DNA from: Ginglymostoma cirratum
Lineage: Eukaryota
Length of the DNA: 64,000 bases
Direction: 5' to 3'
NCBI GenBank assembly: GCA_024137785.1
Contig: JAHRHZ010000002.1
Coordinates: forward strand, 10,953,263 to 11,017,262
The notes below the pieces were generated by a model that saw nothing but the letters and a program-made list of their open reading frames with translations, had not been told where the DNA came from and ran no database searches. Within the stretch, counting starts at the first letter, position 1. Every line of letters begins with the position of its first letter. Position numbers and translations under genes: made by a program. Below are positions 1 to 13,132 of the stretch, piece by piece.

Positions 1-518
1 TCCTCGCATGAAGCCAACTTTGGATCCAACTTGCCAAGTTACCCTGGATCCTATGTGGCTGTACTTTTTTTGTTTTAAATCAGTCTTCCTTGTGGAACCT
101 TTGCTGAAATCCATACAATCGAATCATCTATAAAAATCCTCATGTACACGCCTGGTTACTTCCTCGAAAATTGTTAGGCATGACTGCACTCTGATCAAGC
201 CATGACGACTATCCCTAATCAAACCTTTCCCTTTCAAATGAAAATTAAATTTCTCCTTCAGAATTCTATTCAATAGATTTCTTACCACTTGTATGACAGT
301 CAGGTGTGGGTGTTTGAGAGGCTGTTACGGAGTGAGTTCCCTGATTTTGACCCAACATCATATATAATTTATATTATTCCCTCACTTCGATTGGTTTCAT
401 TCTGTGCCAATATTCAACTTTATCAAAGAGTGTCCATACCCTGAACACCTTCAATTAATAAAATAGTTTCCTTCCGAACCATGACTTTACCTGTGGGATA
501 GCTCGTATAGTTCATTAA

Positions 519-731
519 AAACCGAAAGAACTGAGGATATTGTAAATCAGAAACAAAAACAGAAGTTTTGGAAAATCTCAGCAGGTCTGGCAGCATCTGT
601 GAAGAAAATATTCAAGTTAACATTTCGGGTACCGTTCTCAGGAAGGTCACTGAATCCGAAATGTTAACTCTGATTTTTTTCTTCACAGATGCTGCCAGAC
701 CTGCTGAGCTTTTCCAGCAACTTCTGTTTTT
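519..731. mobile_element. Fold-back (inverted) pair of Penelope-type terminal fragments
   Basis: aaaacagaag...cagcaggtctggcagcatctgtgaagaaaa...gttaacatttcgg is followed by its reverse complement (633-731). The paralogous site at about 34100-34120 is empty. Confidence 0.75.
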
Positions 732-1231
732 CTCGCACATTTCGTCATCTTTTGAATAATTTCAATCTTGTTGCAAATCATTGTCTTTTTATCACATGAA
801 ATAAGTCAGATGGCCTGGTGGCTCAGTGGTTAATACTGCTGCCTCAAAGAACACGTGTCTGCGTGGATTTACTCCCACAGTCGAAAGATGTGCAGCTTAG
901 GGCGATTGGCTATGCTAAATTGTCCTTAGTTTCCAGAGATGTGCAGGCTAGGTAGATTAACATGGAAAATGCAGGGTTCTGGGGTGCATTGGGATGCTCT
1001 TCAAGAAGTCAGTGTGCGCTCATTGAGCCAAACGGCCTGCTTCGACGCTGCAGAGATTCGATGGATTAATTGCGCCTTTTGTTTTTATTTCGTTCGTTTG
1101 AAAAACAAGCAATTACTACATGTTCTACAAACAGGATTTAAAATCTAATATTTACCTCGACAGCTTTTTCTACTTCAAGCTATTTTATGGTCTTGAAACG
1201 ATATAATAATTTACACCTTTTTAAAATTTAG

Positions 1232-1280
1232 GAAACAACATACAATAACACTGTTTGCAGTAACAGTAATTACAGTTTAG
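1232..1280 (+). pseudogene. Decayed paralog of NCR3-like exon 5 (rest of gene would lie upstream of the window)
   Basis: ttag|gaaacaacatacaataac aligns with ttag|gaagcaacgtacagtaac at 34601. A 2-nt frameshift and TAC>TGC remove the Tyr motif. A SINE fragment follows. Confidence 0.6.
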
Positions 1281-4200
1281 GAAAGGAAAATGTCATCCTT
1301 ACTTGGTCTGGCCAACATTTGACTCCAGACGCACAGCAATGGGGTTGACTCTCAACTGTCCTCTGGACAATTAGGGATTAGCAATAATGCCTAGCCAGCG
1401 ATGCCCTCATCCCGTGAATGAATAAGGAAAAAATGCTTCCTCGTACTCAGACAGTTAGCGCCCAGCTTCTGAATCTGAATCAAAGCAAATCCCTTCCTTG
1501 GTCTTGTTTTTATTGGCATCTCACAGCTAATAAAGTGTTCTGTTCTGCCGTCATTTATTATGTCTTGAAGCAACCCTTGTAACAGCTGCATGTGTTTAGA
1601 CGTAAAATGTTTTCAAAGACAAAACAAAATCTATTAGAAATCAGCTTGGGGTATTCAAATGAAACATTTCACTGTTCTTGTCATTTAATCACTCTATAAA
1701 CTTATTCTAAAAGGCTATCACCTACGACGATGTCCAGTCAATAAATTAATATATTTCTCATCTTCAAGATAATAATTGAGTTAGTTATTAGGTCGTTTTC
1801 ATGCTCTTCAACAATTCCTCAACTTTAGGGTGTCAATTCTTGATTGAAAACGCTGACTAAGAACAATTTGCAGTGGAAACAGAAAAGAAGATGAACCCAC
1901 TAAGTGACTATATCGACGGCATGCATATATACTTATGTATTCTTCGATTTATTTGTATCCACTTTGTTAACCATTTTTGTCCACTTGGTATATTTTGTAA
2001 TGTATTCTATTCATCTTCAACCAGGGAAATGGAGAAGATACGGTGCAATATTGCACACTGGACTTTAAAAAAATGGAGCGAACATTCTTAGAGAAAGATA
2101 AGGTGGTATACAATTTGTTGAAAGATTTATATTCATGTTACTTGCCTTGATATCACAGAATTATATCCGAAATTACGCAATAAGGAAGCATATCATTCAA
2201 ACTTTCTATTTCATAGTCCGTTTGTATCCACCTATCCTTCATAATATTAATATTAATATTAGAAATCACACTGAAAAATTCATCAGAATCATTACATGGA
2301 ATGCTCAAAACTGTTATGGTCACTTAATATATTCTGATGGCTCCAAGACACTGAATTACCAATGATGTAATTCAGCGTTGGTTGATGAATATGGTTATGT
2401 TATAGAACGTGGAGATCAAGTTCACTGATCAATTAATTAGAGTAAGCAAGTGCATCGTTCCGGGTAGCTGGTTAATTACAAGTTATCTATTTTCACGTTT
2501 GAATTCTAAACAATCGCTGCTGGCTTGAGAAAAAAAATTACTCAAAACCAATTGAACACAAAACATGGCAATGTACCATGGGTTCTTCAATGTACAAAAA
2601 GCAAATTGAAGTTTAGCTGGAGAAACACACAAAACAAATACTGTTGAATTCGTAATTGAATATTGTTGAAATAATAGTGTGTGATCCTAATTACGTTCAT
2701 ATTTTACTTTCCTCAAACGAATAGGTGCAGAGGACAATTTACAATATTGATCATTAAAATTAAATGAAAAACGTGAAAACCAGCACGTCTGAAGATCAGA
2801 ACAAGCGAAGATTACGTTGGATTTGTGAAATTATGTCACAAACTTGAAGTCGCTCTATATTTTTATCTCCAAAATAATTGCATATTTTAAAGATATTCAA
2901 TTCAGCATATCTATCTATCTGTCTATCTACCTATCTATCATACGAGCCATATAAGCCATTCAGCCCCTCCAGCTTGCACTGACAGAATAAGTGACGGTTG
3001 GTCATCCGTTGTCATAACACCACCATATCCCCATGCCCCTTAATACCTCTAGAGAACAGAAATCAATCGACCTCTGCCTTGAACTAACTTAATGACTGAC
3101 CTTTCAGAGCCCTCTGAAGTATAGAATTTTACAAATTCATCACCTCCCAGTGAAGAAGATTCTTCTGAACACTGTTCTATATCGCTTGACCTTTATTCTA
3201 ATACTGTGTCCCAAGGTTCAACACCCCATGGCTAGCACAACCGTCCTTTTTCCATTTATTATATTGCGTGAATAATTTCATATGTTTCAATGAGTTTGAC
3301 TCTCTTTCTTCTAAACTCCGTAGAGTACAGGCTCAGTCCCCTCATCAGTCGCCAGAGGATAGTCCCAACATCCCAGTGGTCAGTTTAGTGAGCATTTCTT
3401 GCTTTCCCTCCAGGACAGGTGTGTCCATCCGCATGATAGGGAACGACATACACATGCAATACTCCGGAGGCAGTCTCATCAGTGTCACATATAACTGAAC
3501 TTCGGTTTCTTTGCTCCTGCCCCGAATCTCCTCTTGTGATGAAGGGTAACATATCTTTTGCCATCTGAGTCTCTTGCTGATGCATGTGCAGGCTAACTTT
3601 CAGGGATATATGGACATGGGCACCGAGATTGCAGTTTTAACGATCAGTACATGCTGACTTTTTTTTTAATTGTTTACCTGAAGGTATAATCTATTCATTT
3701 GTCGTAATGATTCTTATTCAGTACAGAAAACTGGTCGTTGCTTTCTATCAATATGGGTACGAAAATCCGTAACATTGGGGACGTTGAGATCATTTAAAAG
3801 TCCTTAAGTTTTGTGATGATTCCGGGAATAGCAGGACTGTATTCCCAGGGTGCTACTCCAGCGAGCGGCGACAACTCTATCAGATTTGGCAGACAAAGCT
3901 AGGTTGCGGGGGGCAAGCTTGGGGGTACAACCAGCTCGAGGTTTGTATGTTGAAAAAAGTATAAATCAGAATTCCAGCACCTTAACTACCAGCCAGTGCC
4001 TGAGTATATGCACTTTACACATCCCCGGTATGGCACCAGTGAATGGTGTTGGCGTGATCGCATTGGATACTTTGAACCCCGCTCATGACCCCATTGGCAA
4101 TTACTCCCTCAGCAAAGACACACAGCAACACCCATCACAGAAGACGATGACACAACCCAAGAAGACCCTGGAGAAGTTCTAACCTTACCTGGGAGACCCA

Positions 4201-4699
4201 TCTTCATGGAAGAGAGCTGGAGCCACACCAGACAGGAAGGAGATTTCAATGGCTCAGCTCAAACTCGCAAATTGATGCAAGTATTATCCTTTCTCAGACA
4301 GATAGAGCTTAATATAGAGTAAATATGTGGGAATTCGGGAAATGTTCACATGATGTTAACAAGGAATAATTTTGCTAATAAAATTGTATAGAACTGCAAA
4401 CTAAGTTATGTGTCCCTTTGTCCACCTCACAGAAGGGAGTACAGGGGTAAAGTGCTTTTAATACATGAACATGTCCAAGTGCCCAAAGTACGGATAACAT
4501 GACGAACACATTTTTGACAAGATACGATGGCTCACTTTATTCATATAGTTGCCCAAGCGGATTTAATAAGTAATACCAATACTAAAGTAATTGAATTAGG
4601 AACTCAGGGCAGAATGATTGGCAGAAAAGGTTTAATTGGTGGGCACTTAGCTTTCTGTCATTGAATATAGTATGATCGAACAAGTGGTAGAGCCAACCC

Positions 4700-6130
4700 C
4701 AAGTGGAAAGGCATCAAAACAAAGTGGTCAGAAGGCAACGTTCAAACACTACTCAAGTGCTGTTTGACAGCACTGCTGATTAAGAGTAGACGGATTGAAC
4801 AACACTTGGTTAGGTTAGATTTGTACTGTTTTTTTCTTTTAAATACAGAGCATGCAACAGCAATTGTTGGAGACATGTCAATATTTTTGTTGTGCTGGGA
4901 CAGCGCAGCTAGAAGTGTGGCTAATCCCACATCACAAATTTTCAGTGTTATTGTCGAAACGTTGTCAAAGCCCATATCCTTTGAAGTATCCATTGCTTTC
5001 ATTCGTTTCTTGATGTCACATTGAGTGAATCAAAAGGCTGAAGACAGTGATTTGTGATGTTCCTAACTTCTGAAGGAAGCTACGATGAATTATTCCCTTT
5101 GCATTTCTGTTTGAAGATGGTAACAAATACTTCCCGTTTTTCTATCCATTTTGTGAGAAGTGGGCATCACTGGCTGGCCAGCATTTCTCACCTAACCCGG
5201 TTACCCTTGAGAAGGTGGTGGTGAGCTGCCTTCTTGAACCACTGCAGTCCACCTGCTATAGGTTGACCCACAATGCCATTAAGTCGGGAATTCCAGGATT
5301 CTGAGTCACAGTGGAGTCACAGATATATCTTTCCAAGTCATTATCTTTTATATCGATGTGTTGGGCTTGCCATCATTGAGGATGGAAATACTTTTGAAGC
5401 CTCCTTTCCTTGTGAGTTATTTGTGTTCCAACGTTCGCGGTTGGATGTAGCAGAGCTGCACGTCTTAGGTCTGATCCCTTTGTTGTTCAGTCACTCAGCT
5501 CTGTCTATCACTTCTTTCTTGTGCTGTCTGCCATAGAACTAATCATGTTTTGTAGCTTCAATGTATGATATCTCATTTTAGCAAACCTGCTTCTATCCAG
5601 ACATCTACTCCTGAACTCTTCATTTGAATCAAGATTGATCCCTGATGTTTTGGTCATGACAGAGAAGTTGATATTCCAGGCCGTACGGGGCACATTGTGT
5701 TCGATTACAATTTTGCTGTGAGTGATGGTCTGTAGCGTCTCAGAGAAACTGAGTACTGAGCTGTTTGATCTGATCGATGTCTATTACATTTAGCATGGTA
5801 ATAGTACCAAACAAAATGATGTGTGCACTCAGTGAGAAGTTGAGACTTTTTCGAATAATGACCATGAGGTCATCACTTTTACTTCTACTGTCATGGACAG
5901 GTGCGCCTGCAACAGGCAGGTTGGTGAAAATGAGGTCAAGAATGTCTTCACTCCCTTTCTTTTGTTCTCTCACCACCTGCTGCAGACCCAGTTAGCAAAC
6001 ATGCCCTTTCAGACTCGATCAGCTTGGTCAATAGTGTTGCTGTCGAACCAATCCTGGTGATTCACTTCGAAGGCCGTTACCATAGAGTACATTCTGTGCT
6101 CCTGACATCTTTAGACCTTCCTACAAGCGG
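4700..6130 (-). mobile_element. Fragments of a second CR1/L2-group LINE family (endonuclease end and RT start)
   Basis: ILDLIFTNLPVAGAPVHDSRSKSDD and DTSKDMGFDNVSTITLKIC...KSNLTKCCSIRLL motifs. Paralogous copy at 35400-36370; related pieces at 40820-41520 and 63890-64000. Confidence 0.75.
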
Positions 6131-6965
6131 TATTCAACATTGATGAGTATTGGTTCGTCAGCAAAAGAAATGAGCAACGAAGTTGTCAGCAGATTTCATT
6201 CTCCATGTTTCCAATTACAGCCACCATTTTACTCGATGTTTTGCGAATTAATGGACAAGTCAATGATAAGAACTCCTGTGGAAACGTCATCCCGGCTGTA
6301 TGCTGGGTCTGTCTGCCGTTAGAGCAGAGCCGCATTAAAAGAGGAAATGTGAGAAGCACCCAAATGTGCAGGATGATTTCCTTTGCGGCATCAGTCGCTC
6401 CTGCTTCAGGGCCTCTATCTGAAATGTTAAACAAACTGCTTCTCCCTCCCCGCTGTCAAAGCCATTCGGCCTTAGAACTTCGCGTAAAAACTTCCTCCAG
6501 GGCGGACTTGGGACGCACCACTCCGCAGAGTCGCCGAGCAGAGGCTGAGACCCAGTTTCGGTTTCCATCAGGAGGGCCTCAACCGGGATCTTGAGTTCAT
6601 GTCGCACTGCAGGTGACCCTGCAACACTACACACTCTGGCATAGACTCACGCAAAAACACCCAAACACACATACTCACACATTCACATCGACACTCTTTC
6701 ATACAAACACTCTCCCTCACACACGCACACGCATACTCAATTGACACACACTCTCTCGCAAGCACACACACACAAACTCATACAAACACACAATCTCTCC
6801 CCGTCGCACGCACACACAAGCACACAAACAACCATACGCCCACAAATATATAAACGTATGGGGTGCATTTGCACATATATTCTATTTTGTTCAGAAAGCA
6901 CACAATTTGTAGACAGCCAATGTGGCATTTTATCAATCTCTACTTTGGAAATTAAACAAGTCTGA

Positions 6966-7140
6966 TTTATTTAACTTATTTATTTATTTAACCCATTTAA
7001 CTTCGTCAGAAAGACATTTAGATGATGCTCTTTCCCCACTGAGCCTTGGCAGCAGCTGCCCCGAGCTTTCGTGCGTCCCACAGCACGTGGCTCTGTACTT
7101 TCCTATGTGCCAGTCTTCAACACTCGGTCGTGGTCATCTA
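6966..7140 (-). mobile_element. Old Tx1-like 3' relic (duplicated at about 10060-10240)
   Basis: - strand RLAHRKVQSHVLWDARKLGAAAAKAQWGKSII*; A/T-rich tail at 6966-7000. Confidence 0.65.
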
Positions 7141-7994
7141 AAATCGCAATGCCACTTCCCTGATTTTACTAATCGAAGCGGTTCTGGTGCATACGCTATT
7201 CAGAGGCCGGGGCCACGACGCTGGGAACAGGGATCCCGCACCTATCAATAGTCCAGTACTGAAGTTCGGCGAATCACTTACCTCCCACCGTGAGGCATGT
7301 GCCTGCTCCATGCTCCTCTCCTGCGCAAAGCAGCCGTAAACTCATCCCAGAAACGTCCAGCCTATCATCTTTTATTTTCAGGGTAAAGATAAAAAAAACT
7401 TCTTCCCTTGATCAAAATATTCCCCGTTCCCCCACCTCCAACCCTGTTTTCTACCATCACACGAGTAACCTTATTTACCACGGGCGTATCTTTGCCTCAG
7501 GACAGGCATTGGCTGTGTGGCTACAGGGGATGAGCATTGATGCCCAGTAAACGCTGAACTCCTCAGCAGACTCTGAATAACAGTTGCCATAACTCGGGAG
7601 AACTATGAAACAAAACCATTGGAGATGGGGACAATGAGATGCGGGATGACGGCAAGAGATCCAATTATCCAATACGAAGAGTTTTTTTTTGTTTTGTCAA
7701 CGGACGCAATATATTTTATTTTAATAGCCACGAACGGAGTAACAGACCAAAAGAGATTTGCTTTCCACCGTCAGCTATTTTTAACACAGAGCACACAGCC
7801 TCATGTAAGAACTGAATTGAGTGAAGTGAAAGAAAGCACTTCGCGTCTCAAATGTTCTCTCGTCACAGTGACATTTTGCTCCCGCTGATCACAGTCCCGC
7901 CGCCGAATATTGGACTTGCCCAAGAGGTTATAAAAGCGAATGCACATCCTCCTCTGCTTCATCTTTGTCCTGCCATACTCTTCCCTCACAACTA

Positions 7995-7996
7995 CA

Positions 7997-8034
<38 letters not shown>

Positions 8035-8035
8035 C
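7995..8035. repeat. (CA)n(GA)n microsatellite; paralog (CTCA)n(CA)n at 20005-20050
   Basis: Seen directly. Confidence 0.95.
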
Positions 8036-8452
8036 GCACACGTACACACACCCATAGAATCTCTTGCTTCGGAGCAAGAAACAATTCAGTTAGTCACAAA
8101 AGCCTGCTCCGTTTCAGTGGCCCTCCACATTTGGCCTCTTCATGTTGCCATGCAGTTTCTTTTTCTAAAACGATTACCGGTTGCGCTGGTCCTCAAGTCC
8201 AGCGAGTAACTGACAAGTTCGATATTTGCCGACTCCTCCGCGGGAAGATGGCGCTCCGATGTTGCCGTCATGGACTTTGAGACCCACTTGTTTCAGGATA
8301 AGCCTCTGGGATCGTGGGTCAATTCCTACCGGGCAGCCAGCGAAATTTACAGGCAAATAAGTAATGTAAAGATGTTTTTTAGGCTCTGCGGATCATGGAA
8401 CAATCTTGGCACTATTTGTTCTAATACAGGTAGTGACCCTGTCGGGAGGGAA

Positions 8453-8537
8453 ATAACAAGGTGTAGAGCTGGATGAACACAGCAGGCCAAGCAGCATCAT
8501 ACGAGCAGGAAAGCCTGAAGTTTCGGGACTAGACCCT
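8453..8537 (-). mobile_element. 85-bp Penelope-derived insertion
   Basis: Perfect 14-bp TSD CTGTCGGGAGGGAA (8439-8452, 8538-8551); absent from the paralogous site at about 20440-20465. Confidence 0.85.
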
Positions 8538-11002
8538 CTGTCGGGAGGGAAGTTTGCTATTCCTATCCAGTCTACCATTCTTATGTAGCGAAACCACAGC
8601 AATGTGTAATTGCCTGCTGAAATGGCTCTCCAAGGATCTCAGCTCTAGGTCACTTAGGGATGTGCAGGCAACATCCCACGAAAGAACTAACAGAAACAAT
8701 CCGTAGCCAGCAGTGATGTATTTTTTTAGTTCCGCGTAAGATCTTATTTTGGGATATGCTCCAAGTGCAGATGGGAGTAATGCATTCTGGGACTTATTTC
8801 AATCCTCTCCATCCATCACTGACACGATATCACAGAGAATTCGAGACTCTTACCTCTCACAGTGAGCTGTCTCCCATATCAATCACATGAATTTCACCCT
8901 ACACTAATACACCCGTCATCGCTCACGTTCAACTCCTTCATTAGAATCGAAGTACCTTGGCCGTGTAAAATAGATCTTTAGGGATCTGTGGGCATGGACA
9001 CCACTGGTATCACTGCAGTTATTGTGCCATGTATAAAACCTTACGAAAATACAATGAGAAAGACGATCAGGAATAGGCATTTCGGTCCCTCAAGCCTGCT
9101 CTGCCATCCAATAGAAATATGGTACATCACACATTCCTCATATCCACTTTTTTACGTTTTCCCCATAACCTTTGATTCCCCTGCTTCTATCAAATTCTAT
9201 CAATCCCAGCCTTAAATGGAGACAACTACGTTGACGCCACAGGTGTCTGTGTTAAGGAATTCCAAAGACCTCAGAACCCTCTGAGAGAGGAAATTCCCCC
9301 TCATCTCAGTCTTGAATTGCTACCCCTTTATTCTGAGGCTACACCCTCTGGTCCTTCTGAGGGCTGTCGGCAGCCCACTAAGTGGTTGACCACTAACTGA
9401 CCTTCCACCTGCAGAATCCTGCAAAATCCATTCATTTTGAGGCTCCCAATCCAACTCCTGCAAGTCAGATGAGAAAAAGGAAGTAGGACATTTGAGAGTC
9501 AATTAGCCAGAATAAACAGCAGGAAACGTGTGCAGCAAGCATGGAAATGACAAAAAATGAAGTAGTGCCAATGCTGAGATCTTAAATTCAAACAGAAGCT
9601 ACTGTAAATTATCCATAGGTCTAGCAGCATCTGTGGAGTGGGAAATAGAGTTAAGGCTCCAAATCCAATTAGACTGTTTTCCAGAATGGAAGAGAATGGG
9701 ATGGAAAAAATTTTCTTCAAATTCTCTGTAAACGTTCTGCTCTTCACCTTAAAAAAATGCCCACTTATTATTGATTCTTCAAGTAAGAACAGGTGCTTCC
9801 TATCAATCTGGGTGATGCCCCTCATAATCTCATTTCAGTCAGATCTTACTTCAGCCTTCACACAAATCACACAAACACATACATTCTCTCTTCCTCGCAC
9901 ACGCACAGAAACACTCACACAATCACACGCGCACAAATATATAAATCTATGGGTTGCATTTGCAGATATGTTCTATTTTGTTCAGACAATGCGCAATTTG
10001 TAGACAGTCAAGGTGGCATTTTATGGATCCCTACTTTGAAAAAAATCAAGTCTGATTCATTTAACTTTTAACTTATTTATATAACTCATTTAACTTCGTC
10101 AGAAAGACCTTTAGATGATGCTCTTTTCCCACTGTTCCTTGGCAGCAGCTGCGTCAAGCTTTAGTGCGTCACTCAGCACATAATTCTGGACCTTGGAATG
10201 TGCCAGTCTGCAACACTCGTTCGAGATCAACTGAAGTCGCTATGCCACGACCCTGATTTTACTAACTGAAGCCTTTCTAGGACACGGACTGTTCAGAGAA
10301 AGGGACCACGACGCTGGGAAAAGGGACCTTCACCTATTGGTTGTCCAGTACTGACTTTCAGCGAATCATTTACCTCCCACCTTGAGACATGTCCCTGCTC
10401 CATACTTCTCTCCTAAGCATAACAGCAGTAAATACATCCCAGAAATGTTCAGCCTCGCATCTGTTATGGACAATGATAAAGAAACGTTCTTCTCTGGGTT
10501 AAAATATTGCCCCTCACCCCACCCCCAACCCTGTTTTCTACCATCCTATGAGTAATCTCAGCTACCACCAGTGTATCTTTGCCTCAGGACAGACATTGGC
10601 TGTGTCGTTACAGGGGATGAGCATTGATGCCCAGTAAATGCTGAACTCCTCAGCAGACTCTGAATAACCGATGCCTTAACTCGGGAGAACTATGAAACAA
10701 AACCATTGGAAATTGGGACATTGAGAGGCGGGATGACGTCAAGAGATACAAACATCCAATACGAACACTTGGCGTTTTTTGGAGATAGCAGGAACTGCAG
10801 ATGCTGGAAAATCTGAGGTAACAAGGTGTAAAGCTGGATGAACACAGCAGGCCAAGCAGCATCAGAGGAGCAGGAAGGCTGACGTTTCAGGCCGAAACCC
10901 TTCTTCAGAAGACAGTATTGTATATTGCAATTTCCCCTATTGATTGAGCTGACCCTTGGAGCCCAGGTGCCTCAAAAGCAGTTCTATTCAAACTCACATA
11001 CA

Positions 11003-11200
11003 GACAGAAAAAAACTGCAAATGCTGGAATCCAAGATAGACAAGCAGGAGGCTGGAAGAACACAACAATCCAGGAAGCATCTGGAGGAGAGCAGAAGTCA
11101 ACAGCAGTCCTGAACAAGGGTAATGCCCAAAATGTTGGCTGCTCTTTTCCTCCACATGCTGCCTGGTCTGCTGTGTTTTTCCAGCCTCCTGTTCGTCTAC
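11003..11200. mobile_element. Second fold-back pair of Penelope-type terminal fragments
   Basis: tagacaagcaggaggctggaagaacac...gcatctggagg is mirrored by cctccacatgc...gtgtttttccagcctcctgttcgtcta. Confidence 0.65.
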
Positions 11201-11469
11201 TGAAACTCAGATCGATTGTTCCACCTGAAAGCATGCAGCATTGTCTCATCAACACCTGTCCAACCATCAATCAAGGTGAATGACTCGCATACCTGTCTGG
11301 TTTGATCCGAGTTAATGTTGCAAACTCCTGGCTTAATATCTCAGTTCCACTGTGACATGAACACGTACTCAATGTAATCAATCAAGGCAACCATTTGTAC
11401 ATCTATCTGAATGGCCTGATCCAATTCCCAGCATGTTGTTCAGTTGGCCAGTTTTCCCAGCATGACCTT

Positions 11470-12240
11470 CAGTTGTCCAAAGTTGCCTCCAGGGTCCCAA
11501 ATGAGCTGTTTTTTTTATTTATTTCAAAGAGACATTCCAATACCTACAAAAGAGTACAGAAGGTTCCAGAAATTTCATTACCCACCTCCTTGAGAAATCT
11601 CGGACAGCGCCCATCAAATACTGTGGATTGGTCTGCTTGAATGATTTTTAAAACAGCCAACACCTCCTCCTTTTTTATTTTGAAGTGTCCTGGAGTATCA
11701 ACATACCTCTCCCAAAACTCAACATCCACCATGTCCTTCTGATTTGTGAATACTGATGCAAAGTATTTGTTAAGGCCCTCACTCATTTCCTCTGGCACCA
11801 CGCATAAATTCCCTCCATTGCAGTTGAGTGGACCTACACTTTGCCTAGCTACCCTCTTGGTCCGTATGTCTTCAAGAAACGCATTAGGGGGTTCCTTAAC
11901 TCTCACTTGACAAAGATAGTTCACCGCCTGTTTTACCCCTCCTAATTCCTGCTGGGGTTCTTGCCTGCTATTTTTGTATTCTTTGAGTGCTCTGTCTGTC
12001 TTCAGTTTCCGAAACCTAATGTTTGTCTCTTTTCATATTTGACTGACCTCTCCATTTCTCTTGTCATCCAAGGCTCCTGAATCTTGCCGTTCTTATCCTT
12101 CATTTGCACAGGAGCTTGTTGGTCCTGAACTCTAATGAACTGGCCTTTAAAAGATTCCCGCATGCCAGATGTGGATTTACCTACAAACAGTCGCTCCAAA
12201 TCTACATTCTCCCCTTCCTGCCTAATACTGTGGTATTTAG
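11470..12240 (-). mobile_element. CR1-like LINE internal fragment
   Basis: EEMSEGLNKYFASVFT and EPWMTREMERSVK motifs, frameshifted. Confidence 0.85.
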
Positions 12241-13132
12241 CCTCTGGCGGTGGTACCAACAACAACACTGGGATGAGCCTGACACGTCTCCACCGCAGCC
12301 CGGCATCTCCCAGGGAGCGATGACCAGGTCCCGAGCTGACAACCCCGGCAGGGACTTATACGCTAGGCCGAGGCTCTGCAGCTAGGCCCGGGCACCTGAA
12401 GGAGTGGAAGCATTGGCCAGAGGGAGGAGAGGTGGATCGGATGCAGCGTCTGGAGGGGCCTAGGATGGGGGACAAGAGGTTGGGAATCCACTCATCCTCA
12501 GGCTGCAGGGCTCCAGTTCGCACGCGGTGCCTGTCACACAGACCGTGGCCGACGTCAAGCAGCGAGTGGAGGAGCAGAGGAAGAGGAATGAGAAGGTGAA
12601 AGAAAGATAAACTCAATTGTGGTAAAATCTTGCATGACATTCAGTGTGACAAGATGGTACCAGAGCATGGCAACATTTTGCATATAATGCGTAAAAATTC
12701 ACTTTTCTCTGTTTCTTTATCTACATGTGACAATAAATCTAAATCTAATCTGCTTGTGAAGGGAGTGGGCATGGGTAAACCTGTGCTGCCACACCATCTT
12801 CCTGGTGGTCAGGCAAGATGGCGGCTTTAAGCTGGTCGACAAGGGCCTCAGGCTGTCCCAAGCAAAAATAGTGATTGCTGGACTCTTTCAGCAGGTCTGG
12901 CAGCATCTATAGAGAGAAATCAATATTCATGTGTTGCTCGAGTGACCTTCCTTAGAATGGTTCTCCTGTTTGCTACAAATGCAGAAACCAGAGTTTCTGT
13001 TGCGGGTCTGCACCCTATACTGGCTGTTCATAAAACTTCCAATCAGTGCCAACACCCCTTTTCTCCAAGTTTCCACTGTTTTTATCATATTACAGTCTGT
13101 ACCTCCTGCCTGTTACAACTGCCTGCCTGTGT

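Larger units (their letters stand above)
6770..9858 (+). repeat. Copy 1 of a ~3.1-kb tandem duplication (copy 2 = 9859-10780 + 19703-21759)
   Basis: Colinear similarity, e.g. 7540-7680 vs 10620-10765 and 9300-9858 vs 21200-21759. Both copies end cagtcagatc...ttcagccttc. Confidence 0.9.

Noticed and set aside
6568-6965. Cys/Val- and His/Thr-rich ORFs (also 36842-37156, 7801-8280)
   Set aside because: Translations of CA/TG microsatellite-like tracts.
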